Under the pieces are notes generated by a model. It worked only from the letters and a program-made list of their open reading frames with translations. It was not told the DNA's origin and did not search any database. From assembly GCA_963836755.1 (NCBI GenBank), contig CAWIKF010000002.1, forward strand, positions 2,186,991 through 2,250,990: a stretch of DNA of 64,000 bases. The letters are read 5' to 3'. Shown one piece after another: positions 50,335 through 60,237 of this stretch; the first letter of the stretch is position 1, and every line of letters starts with the position of its first letter. A program made the position numbers and the translations under genes. Origin of the DNA: an uncultured Verrucomicrobiae bacterium (GTDB lineage: Bacteria; Verrucomicrobiota; Verrucomicrobiia; Chthoniobacterales; Chthoniobacteraceae).

Positions 50335-50559
50335 ATGGATCGCGACTCACTTTACTCCGCACTTCTTTCCATCGCCGTGATCGCCGAACGCATCGGTGAA
50401 GTTCGCCAGGATTTGCCGCCGGGCGAAAGAGCCGCGCGGCTCGCGGAGATCCTCGGCGAAGCGCAGCTCGATTTGACGGTGGCCCAGGCGACGATCGCCC
50501 GCGAAGTGGGGCTGGAGCTTGATCGCGCGCATTGGCCGCCGCGCCTGCGGCGACTCTAG
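50335..50559 (+). CDS. Small helical hypothetical protein
   Basis: 74 aa with typical codon usage; preceded by periodic boxes. Confidence 0.55.
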   Translation: MDRDSLYSALLSIAVIAERIGEVRQDLPPGERAARLAEILGEAQLDLTVAQATIAREVGLELDRAHWPPRLRRL

Positions 50560-51011
50560 ACGCGCGTCAACTTTGGCGGGAAAAGCCAGACGAGCCGATT
50601 TTCCTCGCCGTCAAAATCGACGCGCGCCACGCCTGATTTCGCGAGCTTCACGCGCGCGCCCGTCAGCTCCTGCAGCACCGCGCTGAAGTCCGGCTCGTGG
50701 CCGACGATCATCAATTCCTCGCCCGGATATTTTTCCATCAAACGCTCCAGCTTTTTCACATCGAAACCTTTTTTGAGCCGCGGCTCCGTCTCCACGCGCC
50801 GCTCGATTTTTTTCGCGATCAGCTCCGCCGTTTGATACGCGCGCGGCAGCGGGCTCGTGAGAATCACATCCGGCTTCACTTTCAAATCGCGTAAAAATTT
50901 CGCGACCCGCCGCACTTCCTTCTGTCCGGCCTGCGTCAACGGCCGTTCGTCGTCCGGCTTTTTCCAATCCGGCCAATCTGCTTCACCGTGGCGAAAGAAA
51001 TAAAGGATCAT
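50556..51011 (-). CDS. sixA: Phosphohistidine phosphatase SixA family
   Basis: RHGEA, RPLT, SPLPRAYQTA, VGHEP. Confidence 0.9.
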   Translation of the reverse strand: MILYFFRHGEADWPDWKKPDDERPLTQAGQKEVRRVAKFLRDLKVKPDVILTSPLPRAYQTAELIAKKIERRVETEPRLKKGFDVKKLERLMEKYPGEELMIVGHEPDFSAVLQELTGARVKLAKSGVARVDFDGEENRLVWLFPPKLTRV

Positions 51012-51137
51012 CGAGAGCTATCAATTCACCTGCATTGGCCTTGTCAACACCGGACGCGACCGATGCGACAGATGTTGCGCAATCGTAACATTGGCACCCG
51101 TTTTACTGCTGATAGCAGCCGTGTATGGTTTTCGAAA

Positions 51138-51998
51138 ATGATGACGGTGAAAAATAGCGCGTTAAAGTTCCGGCTTCGCGTTGAGGAAGCGGCTGGCGCC
51201 GGCATCAAGCGCCTCGTTCACGAGCAGATCTGCGCGGCCGTAAACGAACTGCAGCAGAGCAGCCACAATCAGCACGCGGTGCACGCCGCGCGCAAACATT
51301 TGAAAAAAGTTCGAGCGCTTCTGCGCTTGGTCTCGTGCAAATTCGAACGCGAGCAGCTGCAGAGTGAGAAACAAAGTTTTCGCGATGCCGCGGGCGCCAT
51401 TGCCCCGTTGCGCGATGCGACCGTGCGGCTGAAAACTTTTGAAACGCTGGCTGGTCGCGATGAAAAGTTCCCGCTCGCGCGCTCGAGTTTGCAGTCCGAG
51501 TCAGACAAACTTTACGAAAACGCCAGTGCGCCCATGCGCGAGGCGGCAACGCTTCTGAGCAGCGCCAGCGCTCGCGTCAACGATTGGCCGGTAGAAAACT
51601 TTGATGCGCGTGATTTGAGAAATGAGATCCGTCGCGCTTACAAAAAAGCGCGGCGCGCGCTGGACGTCGCGCGCGAAGATTCTTCGCAAATTCACGCGTG
51701 GCGCAAACGCGTGAAAACGCTCTGGTATGCCTTACGGATCTTCCGCGATCTTCTGCCGGGCACCGCCGGGGAGCTGACCGACAAAGCGGAAATTCTCGGA
51801 GAAATCGCCGGCAATCAACACGACCTCGTAATGCTCCGAGAAAAGTTGTGCGAGCTGCCGGGATGCAACCCGCTTCTCGACAAGATTGACGCGCACGACG
51901 CGGAATTGCGACAGCGCGCCATCGATCTCGGCACGCAATTTTTCGCGGAAAAACCGCGAGCGTTTGCGCGGATGCTTGATCCGCTAAAGAAGCTCTAG
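51138..51998 (+). CDS. CHAD domain protein
   Basis: VHAARKHLKKVRALLRL, IHAWRKRVK, HDL. Confidence 0.85.
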   Translation: MMTVKNSALKFRLRVEEAAGAGIKRLVHEQICAAVNELQQSSHNQHAVHAARKHLKKVRALLRLVSCKFEREQLQSEKQSFRDAAGAIAPLRDATVRLKTFETLAGRDEKFPLARSSLQSESDKLYENASAPMREAATLLSSASARVNDWPVENFDARDLRNEIRRAYKKARRALDVAREDSSQIHAWRKRVKTLWYALRIFRDLLPGTAGELTDKAEILGEIAGNQHDLVMLREKLCELPGCNPLLDKIDAHDAELRQRAIDLGTQFFAEKPRAFARMLDPLKKL

Positions 51999-52690
51999 TG
52001 CGCCGCGGCCAGCTCAGCCTTTGCCTCGGCGAGATCGTGCTGAAATTCCTCGTTTGCTTTCATGTCACTCACGATCGCCTGCGCCAGCACGCGCCCGCCG
52101 TAAATGTCGGTGGCATAATGCCGCGCAATTTCCACGCGATGCCAACCCATCAGCCGCGCGTGCGCGACGATCGCGTCGTGCTTGTCGGGAAAAAGTTCGC
52201 AAAGGACGAGCGCGAGCACCATCGATTCCGTCGAATGCCCGCTCGGGTAGCTGAAACTTTTCTCCAATTTACCCGTCGCGAGACTTGGATCCACGGCAAA
52301 CGGACGCGGGCGTTTGTAAAAATCCTTCGTATTGTCGGTGACAGACTTTGCCGCGTTGAGCACGCGATCGAAAAACGCGGCGGTCTTTGGAAATTTTCCG
52401 CGTTGAAAAAAATCGCCGACGGCTGGCGTGAAATTGAAAACGTCGAATTCTTTTTCCGACAGCGCGGCTGCAGCCTCAGCGCTCGAGCATGCGTGCGAGA
52501 CCTCGCGGACTTCATTCAGATCCGCGGCCTGCTCCGGCGAATCCGGCTGTGGCGGCGGCGCGAGCAGCGCGGTCGCGTCGGGATGACCCGCAGAAACGTA
52601 ATGCACGTCCTCGGCTGAGGCGTGGAGTGAAACTGCCGCGAAGGCGCATGCGCACGACGCTTGCAGGAGTATGGAGATGGATTTTTTCAC
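51995..52690 (-). CDS. Secreted class A acid phosphatase (PAP2 family); start uncertain
   Basis: KDFYKRPRP, SYPSGH, RVEIARHYATD. Confidence 0.87.
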   Translation of the reverse strand: MKKSISILLQASCACAFAAVSLHASAEDVHYVSAGHPDATALLAPPPQPDSPEQAADLNEVREVSHACSSAEAAAALSEKEFDVFNFTPAVGDFFQRGKFPKTAAFFDRVLNAAKSVTDNTKDFYKRPRPFAVDPSLATGKLEKSFSYPSGHSTESMVLALVLCELFPDKHDAIVAHARLMGWHRVEIARHYATDIYGGRVLAQAIVSDMKANEEFQHDLAEAKAELAAAH

Positions 52691-52885
52691 GGTGTTGGTC
52701 GGTTGGGTTTTTCGCCGAGGGTTTGCGGCGAAGGATTTGGCGAGGTTGTAGCGGCGCCGCGTATCGTCGACAAGTTGCAAGTTGGGACTGTAAAAATGCT
52801 CCGACCGCGTCAGTGAAATTTAAAGCTCTGGAGCCGCGCCGAAGCCGACGTAGCGAAGCGCGCTCGGGCGTGTTAGCTTCCGCGG

Positions 52886-55060
52886 ATGGAGTTTCAGCTC
52901 GCTTCGGATTATTCGCCGCAGGGCGATCAGCAGCAGGCGATTGAGAAGCTGACGAAATCGGTCGAGGCGGGGAATCGGCATCAAACTTTGCTGGGCGTGA
53001 CTGGGTCGGGGAAGACTTTCACGGCGGCGAATGTGATCCGAAATATGGGGCGCCCGACGCTGGTGATCTCGCATAACAAAACGCTGGCGGCCCAGCTTTA
53101 CAGCGAGTTCAAGCAGTTTTTCCCGCACAATGCTGTGGAGTATTTCGTGAGCTACTTTGATTACTATCAGCCGGAGGCTTACATCCCGCGGTCGGATACT
53201 TACATCGAGAAGGATTCGTCGATTAATGATGAGATCGAGCGGCTGCGGCTCTCGGCGACGAGCGCGCTGCTTTCGCGCCGGGATGTGATCGTGATCGCGA
53301 GTGTCTCGTGCATCTACGGCCTCGCGTCGCCGGAAGATTATTACAACATGCTGCTGACTGTTAAACAAGGGCAGCAATTCACGCGAGAGGCGATGCTGGC
53401 GAAGCTGGTCGACATGCTTTATGAGCGGAACGACATGGCGTTCTCGCGCGGGCGGTTCCGCGTGCGCGGCGACGTGGTGGAGGTGCATCCGGCGAATCTC
53501 GATGAGGAGGCGATTCGTGTGGAATTTTTCGGCGACGAAATCGACCGCATCACGCGCTTCGATCCGCTGACTGGCCACGCGCACGAGCAGTTGACGCAGA
53601 TGACTTTCTTCCCGGCAAAGCAATTCGTAACGCCGGCGGCGAAGCTGCAAACTGCGCAGCGGACGATCCGCGAGGAGCTGGATGCGCGGATCATCGAGTT
53701 TGAAAAGCGGGGCCAATTGCTCGAGGCGCAGCGGCTGAAGATGCGGACGGAATATGACCTCGAGATGATCCAGGAGATGGGGTTCTGCAACGGGATCGAG
53801 AACTACTCGCGGCACTTGAGCGGGCGGCCGCCGGGATCGAAGCCATACACACTGCTCGATTTTTTCCCGCGTGATTTTTTGACGATCGTGGATGAATCGC
53901 ACGCGACGATCCCGCAGATCGGCGGAATGTTTGAAGGCGACAAATCGCGGAAATCGGTGCTGGTGAATTACGGCTTTCGCCTGCCGAGCGCAATGGATAA
54001 TCGGCCGCTGAACTTTCCGGAGTTCATGCAAATGATGAACCAGATGATTTATGTGAGCGCGACGCCGGCGGAGTTCGAGCTCGCGAATTCGACGGTCGGC
54101 AACACCGGCTACATCCCGCACAAGCGCGACCGCATCGGGATGGATGAGACCGTTCCGGCCGCGCTGCCACTGGTTTCGCGGACCGATGAGCCGATCGAGA
54201 AGTTCGATGTGCATACGCCGGGCAAGCGGCTGATCGTGGAGCAGATCATTCGGCCGACGGGACTGCTCGACCCGAAGATCGAGGTGCGGCCTTTGAAAAA
54301 CCAGATCGACGACACGCTGGAACTTTGCCGCCAGCGGATCGAGAAGAACGAACGGGTGCTGATCACAACGTTAACGAAGCGAACAGCGGAAGATTTGTCG
54401 GATTATCTGAAGGATGTCGGGTTGAAAGTGCGCTATTTGCACAGCGATATCGACACGATCGAGCGGGTGGAAATCCTGCGCGCGCTGCGAGCGGCGGAGT
54501 TCGACGTGCTCGTCGGCATCAATCTTTTGCGCGAAGGTCTCGACCTGCCGGAAGTCTCGCTTGTCTGCATTCTCGACGCCGACAAGGAGGGGTATCTGCG
54601 CTCTCAAACTTCGCTCATCCAGACCGCAGGACGCGCGGCGCGGCATGTGAATGGCGAGGTGGTGCTTTTCGCCGATATTATAACGCAGAGCATGCAGAAA
54701 TTGATTTCCGTGAGCGAATACCGGCGCACGAAACAGATGGAATACAACGCGGCTCATGGCATCACGCCGCGCAGCGTGCAGCGCGCGGTGCAGGAGAGTT
54801 TGCACACGATTTTGCGCGCCCGCGAAGTGGAGTCGAGCGTGGTGCGGGAAGCCGGGGGCGACTTTAATCTCACGGAACTTTTACGCGAGCTGCAGCAGGA
54901 AATGGAAATCGCCTCGGCGAATCTCGAATACGAAAAGGCGGCGCTGCTGCGCGATCAGATCGGCGAGTTGAAAAACGGCACCGGCATTTCGAAAATCGAG
55001 CCGAAGCGCCGTCCGATAAAGTATGGCCGGAAGCCCGGCCGTCGCACGGCGCAGGCCTGA
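52886..55060 (+). CDS. uvrB: Excinuclease ABC subunit B
   Basis: GVTGSGKT, YFDYYQPEAY, DESH, GRAAR, C-terminal UVR domain. Confidence 0.97.
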   Translation: MEFQLASDYSPQGDQQQAIEKLTKSVEAGNRHQTLLGVTGSGKTFTAANVIRNMGRPTLVISHNKTLAAQLYSEFKQFFPHNAVEYFVSYFDYYQPEAYIPRSDTYIEKDSSINDEIERLRLSATSALLSRRDVIVIASVSCIYGLASPEDYYNMLLTVKQGQQFTREAMLAKLVDMLYERNDMAFSRGRFRVRGDVVEVHPANLDEEAIRVEFFGDEIDRITRFDPLTGHAHEQLTQMTFFPAKQFVTPAAKLQTAQRTIREELDARIIEFEKRGQLLEAQRLKMRTEYDLEMIQEMGFCNGIENYSRHLSGRPPGSKPYTLLDFFPRDFLTIVDESHATIPQIGGMFEGDKSRKSVLVNYGFRLPSAMDNRPLNFPEFMQMMNQMIYVSATPAEFELANSTVGNTGYIPHKRDRIGMDETVPAALPLVSRTDEPIEKFDVHTPGKRLIVEQIIRPTGLLDPKIEVRPLKNQIDDTLELCRQRIEKNERVLITTLTKRTAEDLSDYLKDVGLKVRYLHSDIDTIERVEILRALRAAEFDVLVGINLLREGLDLPEVSLVCILDADKEGYLRSQTSLIQTAGRAARHVNGEVVLFADIITQSMQKLISVSEYRRTKQMEYNAAHGITPRSVQRAVQESLHTILRAREVESSVVREAGGDFNLTELLRELQQEMEIASANLEYEKAALLRDQIGELKNGTGISKIEPKRRPIKYGRKPGRRTAQA

Positions 55061-55082
55061 GCCATGCGCCGCACGAAAAGCC

Positions 55083-56759
55083 TCAGCTCTTTTTGCCGAT
55101 GAGATTCCGGCCGCGCCCGCGCTGCGCGAGGACGAGAAGCGCCGCGCCGCCAGCCAGCGAGCCCCAAGTAGCCGGCTCGGGGACTACTGTGGTCAGAGTT
55201 AGGTTGTTCGCGACATCCTGGCCATAGCTGATCTGGTAGGTATTGGCCCCGAGCATATAGAGCGAATGCTCGGTCAGCCCGGCGAAGTTGCCCGCGATTC
55301 CAGCAGTGGTAGTAGCCAGCGTGATGACGGTTCCACCCGTAAGTTGCGCTGTCATCAAATCCTGCCCGATGAATTGCGTCGTGCCGGTGCCCAATGCAAG
55401 TGCTCCCGTTACCTGCACTTGGTCATTTTGAAGTCCACCTGAAGTTTTGATGTCGAATTTGAACTCCGGAGTTTCCGGAGTAGTAACATTCGATTGTCCG
55501 GCGTTCGTGACGAAGCTTAACGCACCGGTTTTGATTGAGCCGATCGTCCCGTCGGTGCCGGGAGCTAGTATCGCTGTGCCGGACACAGTAGCTACGTTGG
55601 CGCTCGAACCGATCGTCACTCCGTTCGTGACCTGGCCCGTGCCCGCTAGAGTGGTAGTCCCGCCGCTGTTGGCTGTTACCGTCGTGGCCGAAGAACCTGT
55701 CAGTGCCCCATTTACCAAAACGGTGCCGTTGCTGATTGATGTGGTGCCTGTGTAGGTATTGCCGGCGTTGGAAAGCGTTAGCGTGCCGGTGCCACTATAT
55801 GCAAGTGAACTGGCGGCAGTATTCGCTCCACTGTTATTGGTGATACTCCCGCTGATCAAGAGGGCTCCGCTTCCATTGATGGTCAAGGTGCGGCTATTGC
55901 TGTTGCTCTCGGAAAGAAACACATTTCCGGAAAGTGTGGTGCTGGCAGTGTTGTTAATGGTCAGCGAGCGCGAATTGGAACCGGACGAGGTGAAAGTGCC
56001 GCTTAAGGTCAGGTCGTTCGAGCCAGCGATAATGCCACTTGCTCCAAAGAGGACGGCATTGCTGATGTTTCGCGCGCCGCCCGATGCGACGATCGTGTTA
56101 CCGCTATTGAAGGTCAGCATTCCAGTGCCCAAGGCGCTGTCGTTGCCCAGTGCAAGCGTTGCTGGACCGTTGCCAAGAGTAGTTCCCGACAAAATTAGAC
56201 CAGTGGAAAAGTCGTTCGCACCATTTAGCGTAATCGTGCCTCCACCAGTAATGGTCATCGCGATCGCCGTGGTCGATCCGCTGATCTTGCCGTTGATGGT
56301 CAATGAACCGCCGTTGCCGGTTTGGTAAATCGTGGAATTTGAAGTGCCATTGTTGGCAGCGAGCAGCAAAGGCGCATCTATTGTTACGGTTCCAGTAGTG
56401 ATGGAAGAGTAGATTGCGGCACCGGCACTTGAAGTAGCGCCAGTAGCGCTGGTTCCGTATCCATTGAGCGTCAAAGTTGCACCGGGGACAGCGGTAAGGT
56501 CATACCCATTCACTGAAAAATTAAGACCAGCCGTGTTTATCGAGGCTGTCACTTGCGGCTGCATAGTTTCGGCTGTTTTAAAGAACTCGACATTTGATGC
56601 GGAGGGAGCGGTCGTGCCGGCTCCGTAACTCTCCTTGGCGTTAAAGTCCGTTCCGGTGTTATTCCAATCTAATTCCGCTGCTTTGGCGGCACCTCCCGCT
56701 AACAAGACATTGGTGGTAAGAAAGAAGAGGAGCTTAGGACAGGCGGCGAGTTTCTTCAT
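55083..56759 (-). CDS. Autotransporter-repeat PEP-CTERM protein
   Basis: Signal peptide, NTYTGTT repeats, VVPEPATW + TM + basic tail. Confidence 0.88.
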   Translation of the reverse strand: MKKLAACPKLLFFLTTNVLLAGGAAKAAELDWNNTGTDFNAKESYGAGTTAPSASNVEFFKTAETMQPQVTASINTAGLNFSVNGYDLTAVPGATLTLNGYGTSATGATSSAGAAIYSSITTGTVTIDAPLLLAANNGTSNSTIYQTGNGGSLTINGKISGSTTAIAMTITGGGTITLNGANDFSTGLILSGTTLGNGPATLALGNDSALGTGMLTFNSGNTIVASGGARNISNAVLFGASGIIAGSNDLTLSGTFTSSGSNSRSLTINNTASTTLSGNVFLSESNSNSRTLTINGSGALLISGSITNNSGANTAASSLAYSGTGTLTLSNAGNTYTGTTSISNGTVLVNGALTGSSATTVTANSGGTTTLAGTGQVTNGVTIGSSANVATVSGTAILAPGTDGTIGSIKTGALSFVTNAGQSNVTTPETPEFKFDIKTSGGLQNDQVQVTGALALGTGTTQFIGQDLMTAQLTGGTVITLATTTAGIAGNFAGLTEHSLYMLGANTYQISYGQDVANNLTLTTVVPEPATWGSLAGGAALLVLAQRGRGRNLIGKKS

Positions 56760-57008
56760 AGTATGGCTATTAGAATGGTGTGTTAATTTTTGTTTCCGAC
56801 CCCCTAAGCAATCGCTGGGCCAAACCCTCTCTTTTTAAAACGATATTTTTCAAGGGAATCCCCGATACGGGGAAAACCTGAGGTGTGTCGGCAATAAAGA
56901 AGCACTCCTGCCCCGACGCGTGAGAAATAGTCTCTAGTGCGTTTTGCACCAAATGGACGATATCGCGCACCGAATTGGCGCGATTTTCAGCCAGGAAAAA
57001 TCCCGTGG

Positions 57009-57308
57009 CTACTTGCTGGCGTCGCCGGGAGCGAAGCCGTGCTCGCGATCCCAATGGTCGCCGACGCGGAGTTGCTTCCAGTCGTTACGGAAGAGGATGA
57101 TATTTTTGTGCGCGAGGCGGCCGTGGCGGTCGCGTCCTTCAATGCGCACCCAATAGACATCCGGTTCGTCGTAGCGAAACGACAGGTAGGTCGAATAAAC
57201 ATTCGCCATGCCTTGCCGACTCTTTTTCGCGACCACGGTGCCCTCCCGCAAGCACGAGCATGCGGCGCAAAGAAGTGCCATCGTCAGCAAAAGTAAACGC
57301 CGAAGCAT
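57009..57308 (-). CDS. Small putative lipoprotein
   Basis: MLRRLLLLTMALLCAACSC. Confidence 0.65.
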   Translation of the reverse strand: MLRRLLLLTMALLCAACSCLREGTVVAKKSRQGMANVYSTYLSFRYDEPDVYWVRIEGRDRHGRLAHKNIILFRNDWKQLRVGDHWDREHGFAPGDASK

Positions 57309-57393
57309 GGGGCGGATGGTGCCCGGCGCAAGCGCAGCTGTCAAGGGGCGGGAGCGGAAGTTGCTTTTGAGAGCACCCGTGGAAATTTACCGC

Positions 57394-58515
57394 ATGTCCT
57401 GGATTCGCTGCCTGCTGGTGCTAGCGCTCTCTGCAGCGCCCGGTTTTGCCGCGGACTCGGACTGGCACATCGTCAAGATCGACGGTCGCGATTATCTGCC
57501 GTTGCAGGACGTGGCAAAGTTTTACGGATTCCCAAACATAGTGCCGCCGGTCAGCCAGATTTTGCCGGCAAATCCTACTGAGCCTTTGACGAAAAAGTTG
57601 CTGCTCGACAATGGTCGCCAACAGCTCGAGGTCACATCCGGCGACCGCGAGATCACTTTGAATGGCGTGCACCAGTGGCTCTCGTTTCCCGTGGAGGCAG
57701 TGAATGATCAGCTCGTCATCTCGCGACTCGACCTCGCGAAGACCATCGAGCCGATGCTGCGTCCGCAGATGATCACCGGGCTGCATCCAGTTGACACAGT
57801 CGTGCTCGATGCCGGGCACGGCGGGCACGACAAGGGCGCGGTCAGCATTTTCGGCAATGAAAAAGACTTCGCGCTCGATGTGTGCCAGCGCGCGAAGGCT
57901 TTGCTGGAGAGCAAAGGATTGAGAGTGGTGATGACGCGCAGCTCGGATGTCTTCATCCCGCTCGAACAACGGCCGCGCGTCGCGAACGCGATCCCGAACA
58001 GTATTTTCGTCGCGATGCATTTCAACTGCGCTCCGGGAAATTCCGACGCGAACGGCTTTGAAATCTTCTCGCTGACTCCGCGCGGCGCGCCGTCGATGGA
58101 CGAGACTTTTCTGAGCAGCCGCGACCTGCGCAACGAGCCGGGCAATCTTGACGACAGCGCGAGCTCGGCGCTGGCCGCGAGCATCTATCACGCGATGCTC
58201 GGGAACATTCCCCAGTTCGATCGTGGCATCAAACATCAGCGCTTCGCGGTGATCCGCCTCGCGACGGTGCCCGCAGTTTTGATCGAGGGCGGCTTCGTCA
58301 GCAGCACCAGCGAAGTGCGGATGATCGCGAATCCCGCATGGCGTCAAAAGCTCGCGGAAGCGATCGTCGCCGGCCTGGAAAATTACAAAGCGCTCGCCGA
58401 GCATCACGTGCCGCCGAAAGTTGTCGCCGATTACCGCAACCCGCTTTCCGCGACTGGTGCGACCGCGCAAACCCCGAGCGTCATTACCAATCCGCAGGCT
58501 CCGAAAAAAAACTAA
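57394..58515 (+). CDS. N-acetylmuramoyl-L-alanine amidase (Amidase_3)
   Basis: LDAGHGG, EK, MHFN, VLIEGGF; signal peptide. Confidence 0.9.
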   Translation: MSWIRCLLVLALSAAPGFAADSDWHIVKIDGRDYLPLQDVAKFYGFPNIVPPVSQILPANPTEPLTKKLLLDNGRQQLEVTSGDREITLNGVHQWLSFPVEAVNDQLVISRLDLAKTIEPMLRPQMITGLHPVDTVVLDAGHGGHDKGAVSIFGNEKDFALDVCQRAKALLESKGLRVVMTRSSDVFIPLEQRPRVANAIPNSIFVAMHFNCAPGNSDANGFEIFSLTPRGAPSMDETFLSSRDLRNEPGNLDDSASSALAASIYHAMLGNIPQFDRGIKHQRFAVIRLATVPAVLIEGGFVSSTSEVRMIANPAWRQKLAEAIVAGLENYKALAEHHVPPKVVADYRNPLSATGATAQTPSVITNPQAPKKN

Positions 58516-58519
58516 AGCG

Positions 58520-59095
58520 TCATCTCGGCGAAAATTTGCACGGCAGCGCCAGCGCCTCGCGAAGGCGCAGCAAATATTCTCTGCGCGGAATCTCACAAGT
58601 GCCGAACTGCGCGAGATGCGGCGTGAGCCATTGCGTGTCGAGCAGCGTGAAACCTTGCTCGCGGAGCCGTTGCACCAGCGCGTGCAGCGCCACTTTTGAC
58701 GCATCGGTCTGCGTGTGAAACATCGACTCGCCAAAAAACGCGCCCGCGAGCGCCACGCCATAAAGTCCGCCCGCGAGCTCATCGCCGCGCCACGCTTCGA
58801 CCGAGTGCGCGTGGCCGAGCGCGTGCAGCGAGCAGTAACTTTCCACGATCTCGGCGTTGATCCACGTCTCGGAACGCGCCGCGCACGCCTCCATCGTTTG
58901 TTTAAACGCGTGATCGAACCGCACATCGAAAGTTTTCTTCCGCAGAGCGCGCGCAAGCCCATGAGGCACGTGAAATTCCTCGATCGGAATCACCGCGCGA
59001 GGATCGGGTGAAAACCAGGCGATCTCGCCGCGCTCCATCGCCATCGGAAATATGCCGCGCCGATAGCCGTCGAGCAGCAGCTCCGGTGCGATCAT
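58520..59095 (-). CDS. aat: Leucyl/phenylalanyl-tRNA--protein transferase
   Basis: YRRGIFPM, WFSPDPR, GGLYGV, FFGESMF. Confidence 0.95.
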   Translation of the reverse strand: MIAPELLLDGYRRGIFPMAMERGEIAWFSPDPRAVIPIEEFHVPHGLARALRKKTFDVRFDHAFKQTMEACAARSETWINAEIVESYCSLHALGHAHSVEAWRGDELAGGLYGVALAGAFFGESMFHTQTDASKVALHALVQRLREQGFTLLDTQWLTPHLAQFGTCEIPRREYLLRLREALALPCKFSPR

Positions 59096-60144
59096 CGCGC
59101 GAGCGTGCGATAAAACTCGAGATAGTTGTCAACCATCGCCTGATAGCTGAAGCGAGATTTCGCCCGCTCGAAAACTTTGCTCCGATCCAGCTCCACCGCG
59201 CGCGAAACGAGCGTCGCCATTCCAACGATGGAATCCGTGTGAAACCCCGTCACGCCTTGATCCACGACCTCCGCGACCGAGCCGAGCGCATGCCCGACGA
59301 CCGGCGTTCCGCATGCCATCGCCTCCACCATCACGAGGCCAAACGGCTCGTCCCATTGCACCGGAAAAAGCAGCGCCGCGGCATTGCGCAGCAACTCGTT
59401 TTTCTGCTCGTGATCGACCGGACCGATCCAGCGGACGCCTTTGCCATCGATCAGCGGCTCGATGTGTTGCGCGAAATAAAGTTCCTCTTTTCGCGATTGC
59501 GGCCGCCCCGCGAGCACGATCGGCATTCCCACTTCCTGCGCGATTTTGATCGCATCGAGCGGATTTTTATCGTGCGAAAGCCGGCCGAGGAACGCGAGGT
59601 ATTCGCCGCGTTCAAATCGCGGTCGGAACGTGGCGAAGTCGATGCCATTATAAACAACAGGCGTCTCGTGGCCGCGGCTCGCGGTGAGATGCCGCATCTG
59701 TCCGCGGCTGATGCCGACCACCGGCACGTCGGGATATTGGCCGAGGATCCATTCCTCGTCGTTGGAAAAATAGGTGTGCATCGTGAAGACGCACGGGGTG
59801 GCGGAGAGCGGCGCGAATGGCACCAGCGACATGCCGGCGTGGACGTGCACCACGTCGAACTCGCCGCGATTGCGCAGCGCCTCGCTCATCGCCGCGTTGA
59901 TGTAATAATCGTAGAGCGACGCGCGGCCGCTTTCCATCATGTTAAACAAAGTATCGCTCGTGATGACCCGCAGTTTCGCCGAGGTGCGCGACTCGCCGGT
60001 GGCGAAAAGCGTCACCTCGTGCCCGCGCCGCACCAGCTCTTCGATGAGCAGGTGCACGACCAGTTCGATGCCGCCATAAGTCGCCGGCGGAATGCCTGCC
60101 CACAACGGCGCGACCTGTGCGATGCGGAGCGGGCGGGCGGACAT
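59092..60144 (-). CDS. GT4 family glycosyltransferase
   Basis: PPATYGGIE, WDEPFGLVMVEAMACGTP. Confidence 0.9.
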   Translation of the reverse strand: MSARPLRIAQVAPLWAGIPPATYGGIELVVHLLIEELVRRGHEVTLFATGESRTSAKLRVITSDTLFNMMESGRASLYDYYINAAMSEALRNRGEFDVVHVHAGMSLVPFAPLSATPCVFTMHTYFSNDEEWILGQYPDVPVVGISRGQMRHLTASRGHETPVVYNGIDFATFRPRFERGEYLAFLGRLSHDKNPLDAIKIAQEVGMPIVLAGRPQSRKEELYFAQHIEPLIDGKGVRWIGPVDHEQKNELLRNAAALLFPVQWDEPFGLVMVEAMACGTPVVGHALGSVAEVVDQGVTGFHTDSIVGMATLVSRAVELDRSKVFERAKSRFSYQAMVDNYLEFYRTLAR

Positions 60145-60237
60145 TTAACCAGCAAAACAATGGCATGCCGCTGCGTGTGACAACTCAAAACATTTGCCAT
60201 TGCCGCACGCGACGGCCGCGAATAATTTCGCCCTTTC

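Noticed and set aside
51091..51110. Sigma-54-like TTGGCAC upstream of the CHAD gene
   Set aside because: The -12 position reads AC rather than GC at GG-N10 spacing
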